Shown: positions 27,406-39,766 of the stretch, piece after piece
Position numbering within the stretch: position 1 is the first letter of the stretch
How the letters are laid out: every line of letters begins with the position of its first letter
Origin: Eledone cirrhosa
Taxonomy: Eukaryota
Assembly: GCA_964016885.1 (NCBI GenBank)
Contig: OZ024741.1
Span: forward strand, 178,436,001 to 178,500,000
DNA length: 64,000 bases
Reading direction: 5' to 3'
Program-made: the position numbers and the translations under genes
Notes under the pieces: model-generated
Databases searched by the model: none
Seen by the model: the letters and a program-made list of their open reading frames with translations, nothing else
Told to the model about the DNA's origin: nothing

Positions 27406-27410
<5 letters not shown>

Positions 27411-27543
27411 AACCAGTAAGACCCCGACAGCTGAGCTCAAGCCGTTTCGACGGCTAATTCTGGACGTTTCGACGGCTAATTGAGTCCAGAATTAGCCGTC
27501 GAAACGGCCTGAGCTCAGCTGTCGGGGTCTTACTGGTTCCTAT
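27406..27543. repeat. Fold-back duplication of a pLTR-like sequence
   Basis: ataggaaccagtaagaccccgacagctgagctc..ccgtttcgacggctaattctggac is mirrored. Relatives at 5255-5310, 13880-13985 and 15140-15230. Confidence 0.85.
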
Positions 27544-27619
27544 TACCCACTCTACTACCTCAAGTATTGAGTACTTTGGTGCGTTATGGTCCACCTGGTT
27601 CCTTACCACATTTCCTTCG

Positions 27620-27697
<78 letters not shown>

Positions 27698-28320
27698 ATG
27701 CATGTATGTATATCTAATAAAAGTATTTAAGACGGGAAAGTTTCACCATAATTGCTTTATTCAATGATATATGGTTATGCATGTGTCTTAATCAGATGCT
27801 TACGCTATCATATGTGTAGTTATGCCATCATTGAGATATGCTGATGGCCATGTATAACCATCCTGTTGTGATGGCAGCAAAGAGATGAATCTCTTCACAT
27901 ATGAAACTTATCAAATTCTTGTGGTAGATGTATCAACCTTCAGATTGGTTGATTTTGTATGCTCTGGGTAAAGTTCCATTACTTAAAGCTGATAGATTTA
28001 GATTACATGCTGAGATGTAGCAGTAAATCTCGCAGCAATTAACATCCTAATGATTGCATGACTGCACCTATGATTGCGTAAGCATCAGATTAAGTCACAT
28101 ACATAACCATGTAACAGAAATATATATCATGCAATAAAGCAATTATGGTGAAATAATCCCGTCTTAGTTGCTCGAATTTGATAAATGAATACTCCGTCAT
28201 TCCTAATTACCAAATCTTAGCTGGGATAAACTAGTGACGTGAAGTGCTTTGGAATCGCTCGGACCGGCTTATCCTCAAAAGGTTTTAGCGTAACAACTAA
28301 GTTTAAGCAACTTATCCTCT

Positions 28321-28387
<67 letters not shown>

Positions 28388-28666
28388 CGTTTCTGAATTT
28401 GTTTAGCAAAAATGGCGTAGGATAGAAGAAAGGAAAGGCACAGAAACGAAGAAAGGTATCCCCAGTCACTGAAGAGGTCACAGAGTGTGTGACGAAAGGA
28501 CTATGACTATATATAAACAACTATCTGGTTGTGGAACCAACCAACCAACCAGAAATTTATAAGTTTGTAGATTTGTAAATTTATAAATTTATAAATATAT
28601 AATAAATTGAAGTGAAAGCAACTGGTGCGTGTGTTTCTTATTGGCAACATGACCCTCCCAAAGTAT

Positions 28667-28701
<35 letters not shown>

Positions 28702-28913
28702 GGAGGTGAGTTTTATTGTAGTACAATAAAGCAATGCAGATATCGGATAAGAAGCACTCTACAGTTTGTAGGACTGGAGTATACATAATATATAAGAACA
28801 AAAGATGGTTAAAAGAGTTCCATGTATTTTATTATGCGCATTTCAAAATGATATGTTGATTTAAAACTAAACTATCCACAAGTGTTTTTTAACCTTCATA
28901 TCATGTCCTCCTG

Positions 28914-28980
28914 TTTTATCTGATAAAAACACAAATATTATTGCATGATGATATTTGTTTTTGAAATGCGCATAATAAAA
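28914..28980 (+). ncRNA. Degenerate hammerhead motif (G8A) within an inverted repeat
   Basis: ttttat CTGATAA aaacacaaatat..atatttgttttt GAAA tgcgca TA ataaaa. 28787-28848 is the inverse of 28959-29021. Confidence 0.6.
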
Positions 28981-29012
28981 TACATGGAACTCTTTTAACC
29001 ATCTTTTGTTCT

Positions 29013-29096
<84 letters not shown>

Positions 29097-29175
29097 GAGA
29101 TGAGCAGAACAAGTAAACATTAAACAATCTTTTAAATAAATTAAAATACGATTTAAATATTCACCTATCCAAAAT

Positions 29176-29254
29176 GCTATTACCGACGGTTTCGCTTCAT
29201 AAAAGATTAGAAATTCAGGGAATTTCCAACGGAAATATCACCTCTTCAGATAGC
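29176..29254 (-). ncRNA. Type-I hammerhead motif with large stem-II insert
   Basis: Reverse complement: gctat CTGAAGA g...c GAAA ccgtcgg TA atagc. Confidence 0.75.
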
Positions 29255-29420
29255 TATATCCATTCTATAGGACGTAAAGTCTCAGAGTTTGTAAATATAT
29301 CGCTTACTGCCCGAAGTATGAGTTCAGGTCGTTAAAGTGACCCACACATAAACCGGCCTTTAGTAAAAGCGGGAATATTATAGTCTTGTTGTCTGCCACG
29401 CTACTAAAAGTAGCCGCAAG

Positions 29421-29488
<68 letters not shown>

Positions 29489-29528
29489 GAAACATAAGTC
29501 ACTTGCATGAACTCATAATCCTTTACTT

Positions 29529-29584
29529 ACTGCTATATATATTTCGATGATAGCCATTGAATGGCTATGACCTCATCAGGCAGT
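29529..29584 (-). ncRNA. Type-I hammerhead motif
   Basis: Reverse complement: actgc CTGATGA ggt catagcca ttcaa tggctat c atc GAAA tatata TA gcagt. Confidence 0.8.
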
Positions 29585-29842
29585 TAGTCAGTTCTTAGAT
29601 ATGCCAGCTCGGATGATTGTTTATATATTGTCAAAGTTCTATATAAACAATCATCCGGTTGTGGAACCTACCAACCAACCGAAAATTTATAAATTCCTAA
29701 ATTTATAAATGTATTATAATAAATCGAAGTGAAACAACTGCTGCGTGTGTTTCTTATTGGCAACATGACTCTCCCAAAGTATAACAATATCGGTTTCAAC
29801 ACACGTTTTCAGATAAAGAATCTTGCTAAACAAATTCAGAAA

Positions 29843-29918
<76 letters not shown>

Positions 29919-29920
<2 letters not shown>

Positions 29921-30790
29921 AATACGGGTAAATTTCCCGAGATCCATGGACGAGTTCTCTCCAGCGGTCTCTGTCCCTCATTATCGCTGCCATATCCTGC
30001 ATCTCCAACAGACCAGTGTCTGTCCTTAGGGCATCAACATATGTTAACCTTGGTCTTCCTCTTCTAGTGCGTCCATGTAGGGGCTCCCAAAGGAGCACTG
30101 AGTGCAATGTCAACTCTGGATGTCGGTGAGCATGTCCAGCCAACCTCAGTCTCCTCTGTGTCACTTTTGAGCTGACTTTTGGGATGCTCCCATACAGCTC
30201 TGAGTTTTTCATCCTCAGTGTATACTGATTAATGTTCAGAGCCATCCTCAGCATTCTCGTGTAGCACCCATCCACCATCTGAGTGAGTCTCTTGGTCAGT
30301 GTCCAAGTCTCAGACTCATACAGCAGCACAGACTCCACTACAGCAATGAAGAGGCGGATTTTCAGGTCTCTACGAAGGTCCGACTTCCACACCTATCTCA
30401 AGCTGTGACACGCCGCCCAGGCCTTGCTCTTCCTCTCAACCACATCATCTTCCGTATTCCCAGTCTTTGCTCCCAAATACAGGAAGTCCTCAACCAATTC
30501 CAGCGGCTTCCCGCCTACATTAGTGATCCCCTCTGGCTTCTCAACATTCTCTACCAGATAGTGTAGTGGACTATTGTATGCGCCTTGCACTGGAGAAACA
30601 CCAGGACTCTGGCTTTACTGTAGCACCGGCTCAGAGCAGGAGAGTTGGGGCGAAAAAGGTATCAGATGCTGAATTTGCCGACGACATAGTTTTGGTGACA
30701 AATACAGTGAAGGAGGCAGAGGATTTGATGCGGGAGGCTGAGATGTGTCGATGAGTGTGGGGCTGAGAATGAATGAGACTAAAACAAAAA
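29919..30790 (-). mobile_element. RTE-type LINE 3' end with 5' inversion
   Basis: The - strand reads YLVENV..VEDFLYLGA..AWAACHSLR*VWKS..LLYESETWTLT..RRLRLAGH..RGRPRLTY. The + strand at 30560-30790 reads DYCMR..AEFADDIVL..GLRMNETKTK. Both ends sit in (TA)n. Confidence 0.92.
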
Positions 30791-30811
30791 AAAAATATAT
30801 ATATATATATA

Positions 30812-31645
30812 TTTATTAAAATAACAGATTAAAGTTTAAGCAAAGAATCGCTGCTTTCACCCTTAACGGGATCTTCTGAAACTAACAAAGTCAATCTGTA
30901 AACGCAGAAGTGGATATTTCAAAAAACGTTGCAACCGGAGGAAGACAGGAAGACGATACTTTGGTTCGTGGTAACGTTCCCTGGCAAAGAACGGGAAAAA
31001 ACGAATATTATACGTCATTAATAGGAGCGGTGAAAAACAATTACGCGCAAAGACAGAACCACGTTTATGCTATAAAAGAAGGCGTAGACTAATGTTCTCT
31101 TAGGTGGTTCATAGAGACGTTCTCTGGCAATGAACGGAAACAACTTGCTTGTATTTATTTAATATTAATTACCTCTGTATTGTATTTTATTTACTTTATT
31201 CTTAACTCTGAAGCGGAGAATCATTCGGGTTCCTAGTTAGAATTTTAGTCTACGACTTCTGCTATACTATATACGTGGTTTTGTCTTTGCGTGCAATTGT
31301 TCTCCACACACCACATGTGACGTAATATCTTCGTTTTTTCCGTTCATTGCCAGAGAACGTCTCTATGAACCACCAAAGAGAACATTAGTCTACGACTTCT
31401 TTTATACCATAAACGAGGTTCTGTCTTTGCGCGTAATTGTTTTTCATATTCGTTTTTTTTCCCGTCCTTTGCCAGGGAACGTTTCCAAGAACAAAGTATC
31501 GTCTTCCTGTCTTCCTCCGGTTGCAAAGTTTTTTTAAATATCCACTTCTGCGTTTACAGATTGACTTTTTTAGTTTCAGAAGATCCCGTTAAGGGTGAAA
31601 GCAGCGATTCTTTGCTTAAACTTTAATCTGTTATTTTAATAAATA
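30812..31645. repeat. Family B repeat as an inverted pair
   Basis: 30812-31140 is the reverse complement of about 31330-31645. Confidence 0.85.
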
Positions 31646-31728
31646 TTTGCTCTACGGTTCTTATATATTTCATATATATTTATCCTTATCGAGCCCTCTT
31701 TGCATTTTAGTCTTCAAATTTATTATTA

Positions 31729-31775
<47 letters not shown>

Positions 31776-31782
31776 CTCATTG

Positions 31783-31830
<48 letters not shown>

Positions 31831-32072
31831 AAAGTTCTATTTAAATTGTTGGGATACAACAAGCAAATAATTTTATAACTGATATAAAGCACTCAACAAG
31901 TATTTGGAGTAAACATACGATATTAACAAATGGAAACTATATTTATAAAACCATATTTATTTCATTATACATATTTCAAGGACACCAAGTTAAATTATGG
32001 AGCTTCCAACAGTAATGGTTGCATTTTTTAAGGGTATGTCAATATTTATTGATAAAACTGATCTATATTATA

Positions 32073-32133
32073 TTTTGTCTGATGAAAGCACACCATAATT
32101 TAAATTGGTGTCCTTGAAATATGTATAATGAAA
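32073..32133 (+). ncRNA. Type-I hammerhead motif
   Basis: ttttgt CTGATGA aagcacacca..ttggtgtcctt GAAA tatgta TA atgaaa. Same family as 7322. Confidence 0.7.
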
Positions 32134-32287
32134 TAAATAAATAAACGTTAAAATTGAAAAAGAATTTAACGTTATCCTCATTAGCATATTCCTGTTATGA
32201 TTTGAAGTTCTTCTTCACTATTCAAATACAACTCAAAACATTAAGTTCTGGTTTGAATATGTCACTATCTGTAAAACAACTTTTATA

Positions 32288-32344
32288 TTTTATCTGATGA
32301 GGGCGTACCAAAATGTTGGTACCCTTGAAATATATATAATAAAA
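32288..32344 (+). ncRNA. Type-I hammerhead motif
   Basis: ttttat CTGATGA gggcgtaccaa aatg ttggtaccctt GAAA tatata TA ataaaa. Confidence 0.8.
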
Positions 32345-32363
32345 TAAATATGGTTTTATAAAG

Positions 32364-32444
<81 letters not shown>

Positions 32445-32614
32445 ATATATATATATATATATATAGTTAAATAAGATAACAAGGACGATTGGTTACTCCT
32501 TCATTACGTTTATTGGTTGGTGACGCACGTGTCGCCACTCAGCTCAAGGTTCGATCTGTATCGATCTGACCTGACGCTGGTGAACCTACAGTAACTCCAA
32601 GTTACACTCCCTCG

Positions 32615-32651
<37 letters not shown>

Positions 32652-32954
32652 TAGAGAGAGGTGGTTGGAGAGAAAAGGTGAGATTGGAAATAGCACTGAA
32701 AATATATAAAGAGTTTTATAATGTATATAAAGAATATAATATATATGGTATATTTTATATACATTATAAAACACTTCTTTTTTTTAGAGAATTGTCCCTC
32801 TCATTTTTTCAATAATGCCACTTTGACGAATCAAAGAAAAGGGGAATACAGCAAAACAGACCCTTAAATGTATTTTCAGTGCTATTTCCAATCTCACCTG
32901 TTCTCTATAAACACTGTATTGTATAGAATCTTACTTCCCTTTTCAAATATATAT

Positions 32955-32998
<44 letters not shown>

Positions 32999-33769
32999 CC
33001 TGGGTTCAATCGGTGGTAATCACAGTAAGTAAGGTACTCAATATATAGCAGAGTATAAATATTTAATATAGAAATGGCTTCTACAGGGTCATGCTGCCAA
33101 TAAAATCCCACGCACCTATTAATTTTCACTTCAATTTATTTTAAATTCCCGATTGCTTGGTTGGTTCAATAACAGGATGGTTATCATTACCACAGCAGAT
33201 ATTCGAGGAGCTTTTGATTCCACAGTCGTGCTAGATCGATACAGATCGAACCTTGAGCTGATCAATGGCGAAACGCGCGTCACCCATCAATAGACGTAAT
33301 GAGGGCATAACAAATCGTCCTTGTATTATAAAATTATATATATATATGTAACAGATAAACAGAAATAACAATACCATCGGTACAGTATATTGAAGGAATA
33401 TATTAGGTTAACGCAGAAAGATATAATGTGTTATGTAGATGTTGTATCTGCATGTAATCCCTGGAAGAGTTATGCAGATGGGGATTGTGAGGGAATCTAG
33501 GGGCGATGTGAGAGAGTGGGGTATAGGGAGCTGGAAGGAAGAAATAGTTAAACAAAGTAATCGAGATAAAACTTATTAAAGCAGAAAACGTTTAACGTTT
33601 TATTGTTCATTTATGTTACGATAGAAGTGTAGATAGGGATATGTTTATGATGAATATAATTGAAAAGAATTAAAAAGAATTGAAAAGATTAAAGGGTGGA
33701 ACTATAACTAAGATTAGTATATCAACCGTTAGTGGGTACGTAGTATACGTGCCTCGAGTCTGGGTTATT

Positions 33770-34410
33770 GATGGTTAGTGATTAGCGCTTTCGAATCTAA
33801 AATCTTTCGTCAGTCTCTGTTGTTTATTTTAGCATGTCCTTTCCATGGCAGAGTATGTGTAGAGGTGTTTCCAAGTGTTCAGATCACTCTATTGGTTCTA
33901 AGTTAGTTCTAGTGTTCTAATCTTCTTCTTCTTTTCGTATCTTCGAAGCATGTGGTTATATGACAGTTTCCCATTTCTTTACACAGTCCTTTGCATTATT
34001 ATTAAATTCTGCGAGATCTTTTAAACTGCACTGGTTGGGTAGTAGAGGGCAAACAAGGCAGTGCTGCATAGTATGGTCCTCCTCTCCGCATTCGCAGATG
34101 GTTGGGCCGGTCTTGTAGCCCCATCAGGCCATAGCAGCTTTTGATCACCTCATTCCTGTTCTCAGGCGGTTGAGTGTCTTCCACTAATGAAATGTGCCTC
34201 GATTATCTCGAAGCATATTGCGTCTGTTTGTTTCGCAAGTATTTTGTTGTGATGCTTCTTCCACATTATTGTCTGTGTTGGAACAATGCGCTTGGCGATG
34301 TTGTATTTTCAAAGTGTTCCTTCACTCTATGATGTAGTTGTCGTTTCATGAAACCGATATAGGTGACCCCGCTGTGTGTTCAGCTCAGAAAATAGATTTG
34401 TTCCTTAGGA
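33770..34410 (-). mobile_element. Degenerate Penelope-like element GIY-YIG fragment
   Basis: The - strand reads QIYFLS*THSGVTYIGFMKRQLHHRVKEHF (about 34310-34400). A degenerate hammerhead lies downstream at 33778-33817 (CTGACGA..GAAA gcgc TA). Confidence 0.7.
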
Positions 34411-34540
34411 ATATTTGTTATGTACAGTTTTTTTTTTAATTATTGATGTTCAATACTATTTTAAGAATGTCTATACAACCCACCATACATATAAACTTGT
34501 TGCCTGAGACACACTGACGCATGATATATATATATATATA

Positions 34541-34596
<56 letters not shown>

Positions 34597-34616
34597 TAAA
34601 TATATATATATGTATA

Positions 34617-34678
<62 letters not shown>

Positions 34679-34689
34679 TATATATATAA

Positions 34690-35954
34690 TCTATATATAT
34701 AAAACTGAGGTTGTCTGTCTGTCTATCGATTTTTGGCACACATCTCCTCTTAGAATCTCTCACGGAATTGCACCGAAATTGCTATACTTGTACATTGAGC
34801 CCTAGCGAAGACATCGGAAAAAAATATTTCAAATTGACCCGCCCTATCTGACGAAATCGAATATAATGTATCGATTTTTGAGCGTAAGTGATCAGTTATT
34901 TCCCTTTGTTCTGTTTACATTCAGCGTAGCGTCTTACGTTCTCTTTACATTTTCTGCGTGCAAAAATTAAAAAAATGATTTCCCTTTGTTCTGTTTACAT
35001 TCAGCGTAGCGTCTTACGTTCTGTTTACATTTTCTGCGTGCAAAAATTAAAAAAATTACGCTGGCAAAAATTAAAAAAATTACGCTGGCAAAAATTAAAA
35101 AAATTACGCTGGCTTTCTCAGCGTTTAAAATGACATTAACACAATACACGAACAGTTGTCGAGCCAGCAAAATTTTGACCTGCAAAATTCATCAGTTCGA
35201 ACACTAAGCTTCCGTTTTGCTTCATTTCCATTTAAAAGCCTTTTAAAACAATATTTTTACTTGAAAACAAGTCTATTTAAAGACTACGTAAAACAAGCAA
35301 ATATTTCGTAAAAAAAAGCAAAAATTATATAAGTTTATTTAAAATATATGTATCTGTAAATTTCGTTAGGCGTGCAGACAGACAGTCGTGCAGACAGACA
35401 GTCGTGCAGACAGACAGTCGTGCAGACAGACAGTCGTGCAGACAGACAGTCGTGCAGACAGACAGTCGTGCAGAGAGGTGATATACGCGTGCAGACAGAC
35501 AGTCGTGCAGAGAGGTGATATAGGCGTGCAGACAGATAGTCGTGCAGAGAGGTGATATAGGCGTGCAGACAGACAGTCGTGCAGAGAGGTGATATAGGCG
35601 TGCAGACAGACAGTCGTGCAGAGAGGTGATATAGGCGTGCAGACAGACATAACTGATAATTTGGTTACGCTAATGATTTTCTCTGCGTTGCAGTGTTTAC
35701 ATTTTCGATCTTTGTTAATAAATAACCAGTGCAGTTTCTATCCCCAGCATCCTCTTTTGTTATAACATTCGGGTTATCGTTATGTTTTCTTAACTTCATA
35801 AGGCATATTGTTGGTTGAGGGAATATTAATCAAAAACACCACATGCAAGTCTGCACAGTAAACACTACAGTTTTTAAGCCAAGAAAGAAACTTAACATTG
35901 TAACTTTAACACAGCTACTGAGCGACCCCGAGCAACGCCGGGCTTTACTGCTAG
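34690..35954 (+). mobile_element. Non-autonomous Helitron
   Basis: 5' end a|TCTATATATATAAAA. 3' hairpin cccgagcaacgccggg followed by CTAG|t. Inserted between A and T with no TSD. Contains minisatellites. Confidence 0.85.
35370..35650. repeat. Minisatellite (16-bp gtcgtgcagacagaca, then composite units of about 39 bp) inside the Helitron
   Basis: Tandem units are directly visible. Further tandem duplications of about 79 bp (x2) and 24 bp (x3) at 34897-35112. Confidence 0.9.
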
Positions 35955-35965
35955 TTATATATATA

Positions 35966-36436
35966 TTTATTAAAATAACAGATTAAAGTTTAAGCAAAGA
36001 ATCGCTGCTTTCACCCTTAACGGGATCTTCTGAAACTAACAAAGTCAATCTGTAAACGCAGAACTGGATATTTCAAAAAACGTTGCAACCGGAGGAAGAC
36101 AGGAAGACGATACTTTGGTTCGTGGTAACGTTCCCTGGCAAAGAACGAGAAAAACGAATATAATACCTCATTAATAGGAGCGGTGAAAAACAATTACGCG
36201 CAAAGACAGAACCACGTTTATGCTATAAAAGAAGTCGTAGACTAATGTTCTCTTAGGTGGTTCATAGAGACGTTCTCTGGCAATGAACGAAAAAAACGAA
36301 GATAATACGTGATATGTGGAGCGTGGAGAACAATAGCACGCAAAGACAAAACCACGTAAATGGTATAGCAGAAGTCGTAGACTAAAACTCTAACTAGGAA
36401 ACCGAATGAATCTCCGCTTCAGAGTTAAGAATAAAG
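35966..36436 (-). repeat. Family B repeat, copy 4
   Basis: Reverse complement of 26925-27372. Confidence 0.85.
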
Positions 36437-36499
36437 TTAAAAAATACAATACAGAAGTAATAGAAATAAATAAATACATACACGCAAACAAATACGTAC

Positions 36500-36894
36500 A
36501 TACACTTCATTGTTTTGTTTATGTCTCAAATAGCACTTCAATCCAGCTGCTGATTTACACAACAATCCGCATTTTGTGCAGGTGACATGATCTTGAACAG
36601 AACAGGCTGGAATGCCTAACCGGACTCTGGTGTCAGATCTTATCCCACAGTGGGCTAAATGAAATTTCTTAATGTTCTTTATGCCTTCGTGGCAGACGGT
36701 TCTCCATTTTTGACGGTGGGGAGTCATGGCTTCAAACGAAGAAAGAGGTACGTTGACAGACTTAAGATTGTACTTCAGTTTGTTTAGTTATCGGAGTGGA
36801 GGCCTGCCCACACAATACTCACCATCCTGGAAATTACTGTACAACAGTACCTTAGGTGTGCGGTCCTCAGACATATGTAGGACATGACCAGCCC

Positions 36895-36896
<2 letters not shown>
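36500..36896 (-). mobile_element. RTE/BovB-like LINE 3' fragment
   Basis: The - strand reads WAGHVLHMSEDRTPKVLLY..GRPPLR..KLKYNLK..CTKCGLLCKSAAGLK. Confidence 0.8.
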
Positions 36897-36972
<76 letters not shown>

Positions 36973-36975
<3 letters not shown>

Positions 36976-37401
36976 TCGACTTTCGTCAAATCGGACCGAG
37001 GCAACGATGTTTCCATTGGTCTTTCCAATTGCTAATACTCTCTATCGGTCGCAACTCCAGGTAGAAGGAGCAACGTGAAATAAAGTGTCTTGCTCAAGTA
37101 CATAACGCATCGCCCAGTCCAGGAATCGAACTCACAACCTCAAGATTGTGAATCCAATTCTCTAATCACTCAGCCACCCGCCTTCATTGGTGGAGGCGGG
37201 TGGCTGAGTGGTTAGAGAATTGGATTCACAATCTTGAGGTTGTGAGTTCGATTTCTGGACTGGGCGATGCGTTATGTACTTGAGCAAAACACTTTATTTC
37301 ACGTTGCTCCTTCTACATGGAGTTGCGACCGATAGAGAGTATTAGCAACTGGAAAGACCGACGAAAACAATTGTTTACTCAGTCCGATTTGACGAAAGTC
37401 G

Positions 37402-37405
<4 letters not shown>
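36973..37405. mobile_element. Two tRNA-derived CORE-like SINE copies fused head-to-head
   Basis: A box tggctgagtgg, B box gagttcgatttc and CORE-like tgtacttgagcaaaacactt. Arms about 214 bp, loop ttgg at 37187-37190. Confidence 0.85.
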
Positions 37406-37440
<35 letters not shown>

Positions 37441-37570
37441 CAACATTATTATATATCGAGGTTACCTTTGCCTTTCATCCTTACGGGGTCGATAAAATAA
37501 AGTACAGGTAATGCACTGGGTAATTGCTGGCCTTGTGCCTAAAGTAGAAACAATTCTTATATATACACAC

Positions 37571-37613
<43 letters not shown>

Positions 37614-37949
37614 TATATAAAAGTAAAAGACGGAAAATAATGAAAAGAGGTGAATGAAGCGGAGACAGAAATTGCAAATGTAAAGACATTGATTAGCTGA
37701 AGATACTGTAAAACGAGACTTGCTTGCATAATGTACATACGATTCCTGTGTCTACAAACTAGTGTGTTAGTAAGTATTTTTCACATGTAAAGGCTTCTAT
37801 ATGGAAAAATTTCTTCTTCTTGTTATTTTATCTCTTTGAATTCCGGTTCAACTTTAAAGATTTATCAAAACTCTTAGCAATATTTATTGGATTTCAAATA
37901 TCAAAGCTAAAGATGAAGACATTCCTGTAGAAGGAAATGGAATCTGTTA

Positions 37950-38205
<256 letters not shown>

Positions 38206-38208
38206 CAT

Positions 38209-38814
38209 GGTGGCTGCCAACTCGTTTTCGAGTACGGCCACTACTTTATATTCATGTAGGAGAACCCCTACCGATGGGCTGAACGAGTGTGACTTTTTAG
38301 TCCAGCCAGCGACTTGAAAACTCTGGTACAAACACTACACTTGTGACAATTATTGACACATAGTACTGGGCCCATGGTACCATGTGACGACAAGTGCAGA
38401 GAGATCTCCAGATATAAAGCAATGCCTGTGCCGTGAAGCTTTTATAGTGAGCAAAGGCACTGCACAAAGCCAGTCCCACTCTCTTAACCAAGATGATACT
38501 TACCAAAAAGAAAAACAAGTCAACATCATTGGATACTATCAGGGTTGCAGGTGTTATATCAGAGTTTTCCTTCTCCTAGAATTCTGCCTTGACAAAGGCT
38601 AAGAGGTCATCTCTCCCGGTAATTTTGGATGGCCATTGACTCTTAAGAGCTCCTTTGCCCTTTGACATGTTTGGTTTTTAGTCCTGCAAGATGTCCAAAG
38701 TCACCCTCCTCACCAAGAAACCTTGGTGGGGTTACCAGTTTAATCGCTAACGACCCGACCATGAGACAGGTTGTACTGAGATACATGTTACCAGTAGCAC
38801 CAACTGGTGACCTG
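38209..38814 (-). mobile_element. Non-coding bipartite retroelement of about 605 bp, copy 1
   Basis: Reverse complement of 60685-61290 with the same ends. Both ends abut (TACA)n. Contains an RTE-5'UTR-like segment ggca...ctaggagaaggaaaactctga. Confidence 0.75.
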
Positions 38815-38881
38815 ACATAATACATACATACATACATAAGTAACAGATTCCATTACCGTACGCATATACATATATGTATAT

Positions 38882-38966
<85 letters not shown>

Positions 38967-38995
38967 GAATGATCGATGTGGTATGGTTCTCTGCT

Positions 38996-39104
<109 letters not shown>

Positions 39105-39766
39105 TATTATTATTATTATTATTGTTGTTGTTGTTATTATTACTATTTGTAGACTGTTAAATTATGAATGTTGCGGTATTGACGCTATTGTGGCAGAAAA
39201 AACGACGACATAAGCTGCTAAACAGAGAAACAAAATTTACTCAAATACAATTGTACTTTACATTTGAAATATTTTCAGTGTTTACGGATTAGTATGAACT
39301 AAAAATGCAGAGCTGTTTTATTTAATTCATTCATGAATTTCTTTTCGTTTTGTTTACTCGTTTTTATTTCTGTTTATGACCTCCATTGAAAATTGAAATA
39401 TATAATTGTATTATGTATTTAATTGTGCACTGAACACATCTGTAAATAAAGAGCATATGATTTTTACCGAAGCTGAAAAGAATGCGTTTTAAACACATAT
39501 TTATGTTTGCAAACATTTAAAATTTAGATATTTTTCCTTAGATTGCAAAATATGAACAGCTTGCCTGAAGAGTCAAACTATATTAAGGCTTATATTAAGA
39601 AGTGTGCTAACTGGCGAAGCATATGATGAAGTTAAATATATAAATACAATGTTTAACCGACAACGTCAATAATTTGTATATAGATATACACATGTCTACA
39701 TATTAAAATGCGTATATTTATATACACATTGTTACAATTACGGTTACAGACTTTGTATTTCTACAG

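Noticed and set aside
28082-28132. Hammerhead-like remnants here and at about 1195-1235, 4300-4350, 43315-43350 and 57820-57880
   Set aside because: Two or more core positions or whole stems are missing, so they were not counted as ribozyme motifs.
35370-35650. Regularly spaced repeats superficially like a CRISPR array
   Set aside because: The spacers are not unique, there are no cas genes, and the context is eukaryotic. It is a minisatellite inside a Helitron.
37191-37265. tRNA-Val-like sequence (A/B boxes, CAC anticodon-like loop)
   Set aside because: No proper acceptor stem, and it continues into a CORE-like SINE body. It is a SINE head, not a tRNA gene.
38297-38837. ORFs conserved between 38.3-38.8 kb and 60.6-61.2 kb
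   Set aside because: The conservation reflects two recent copies of one repeat. ORFs occur on both strands and show no protein motifs.
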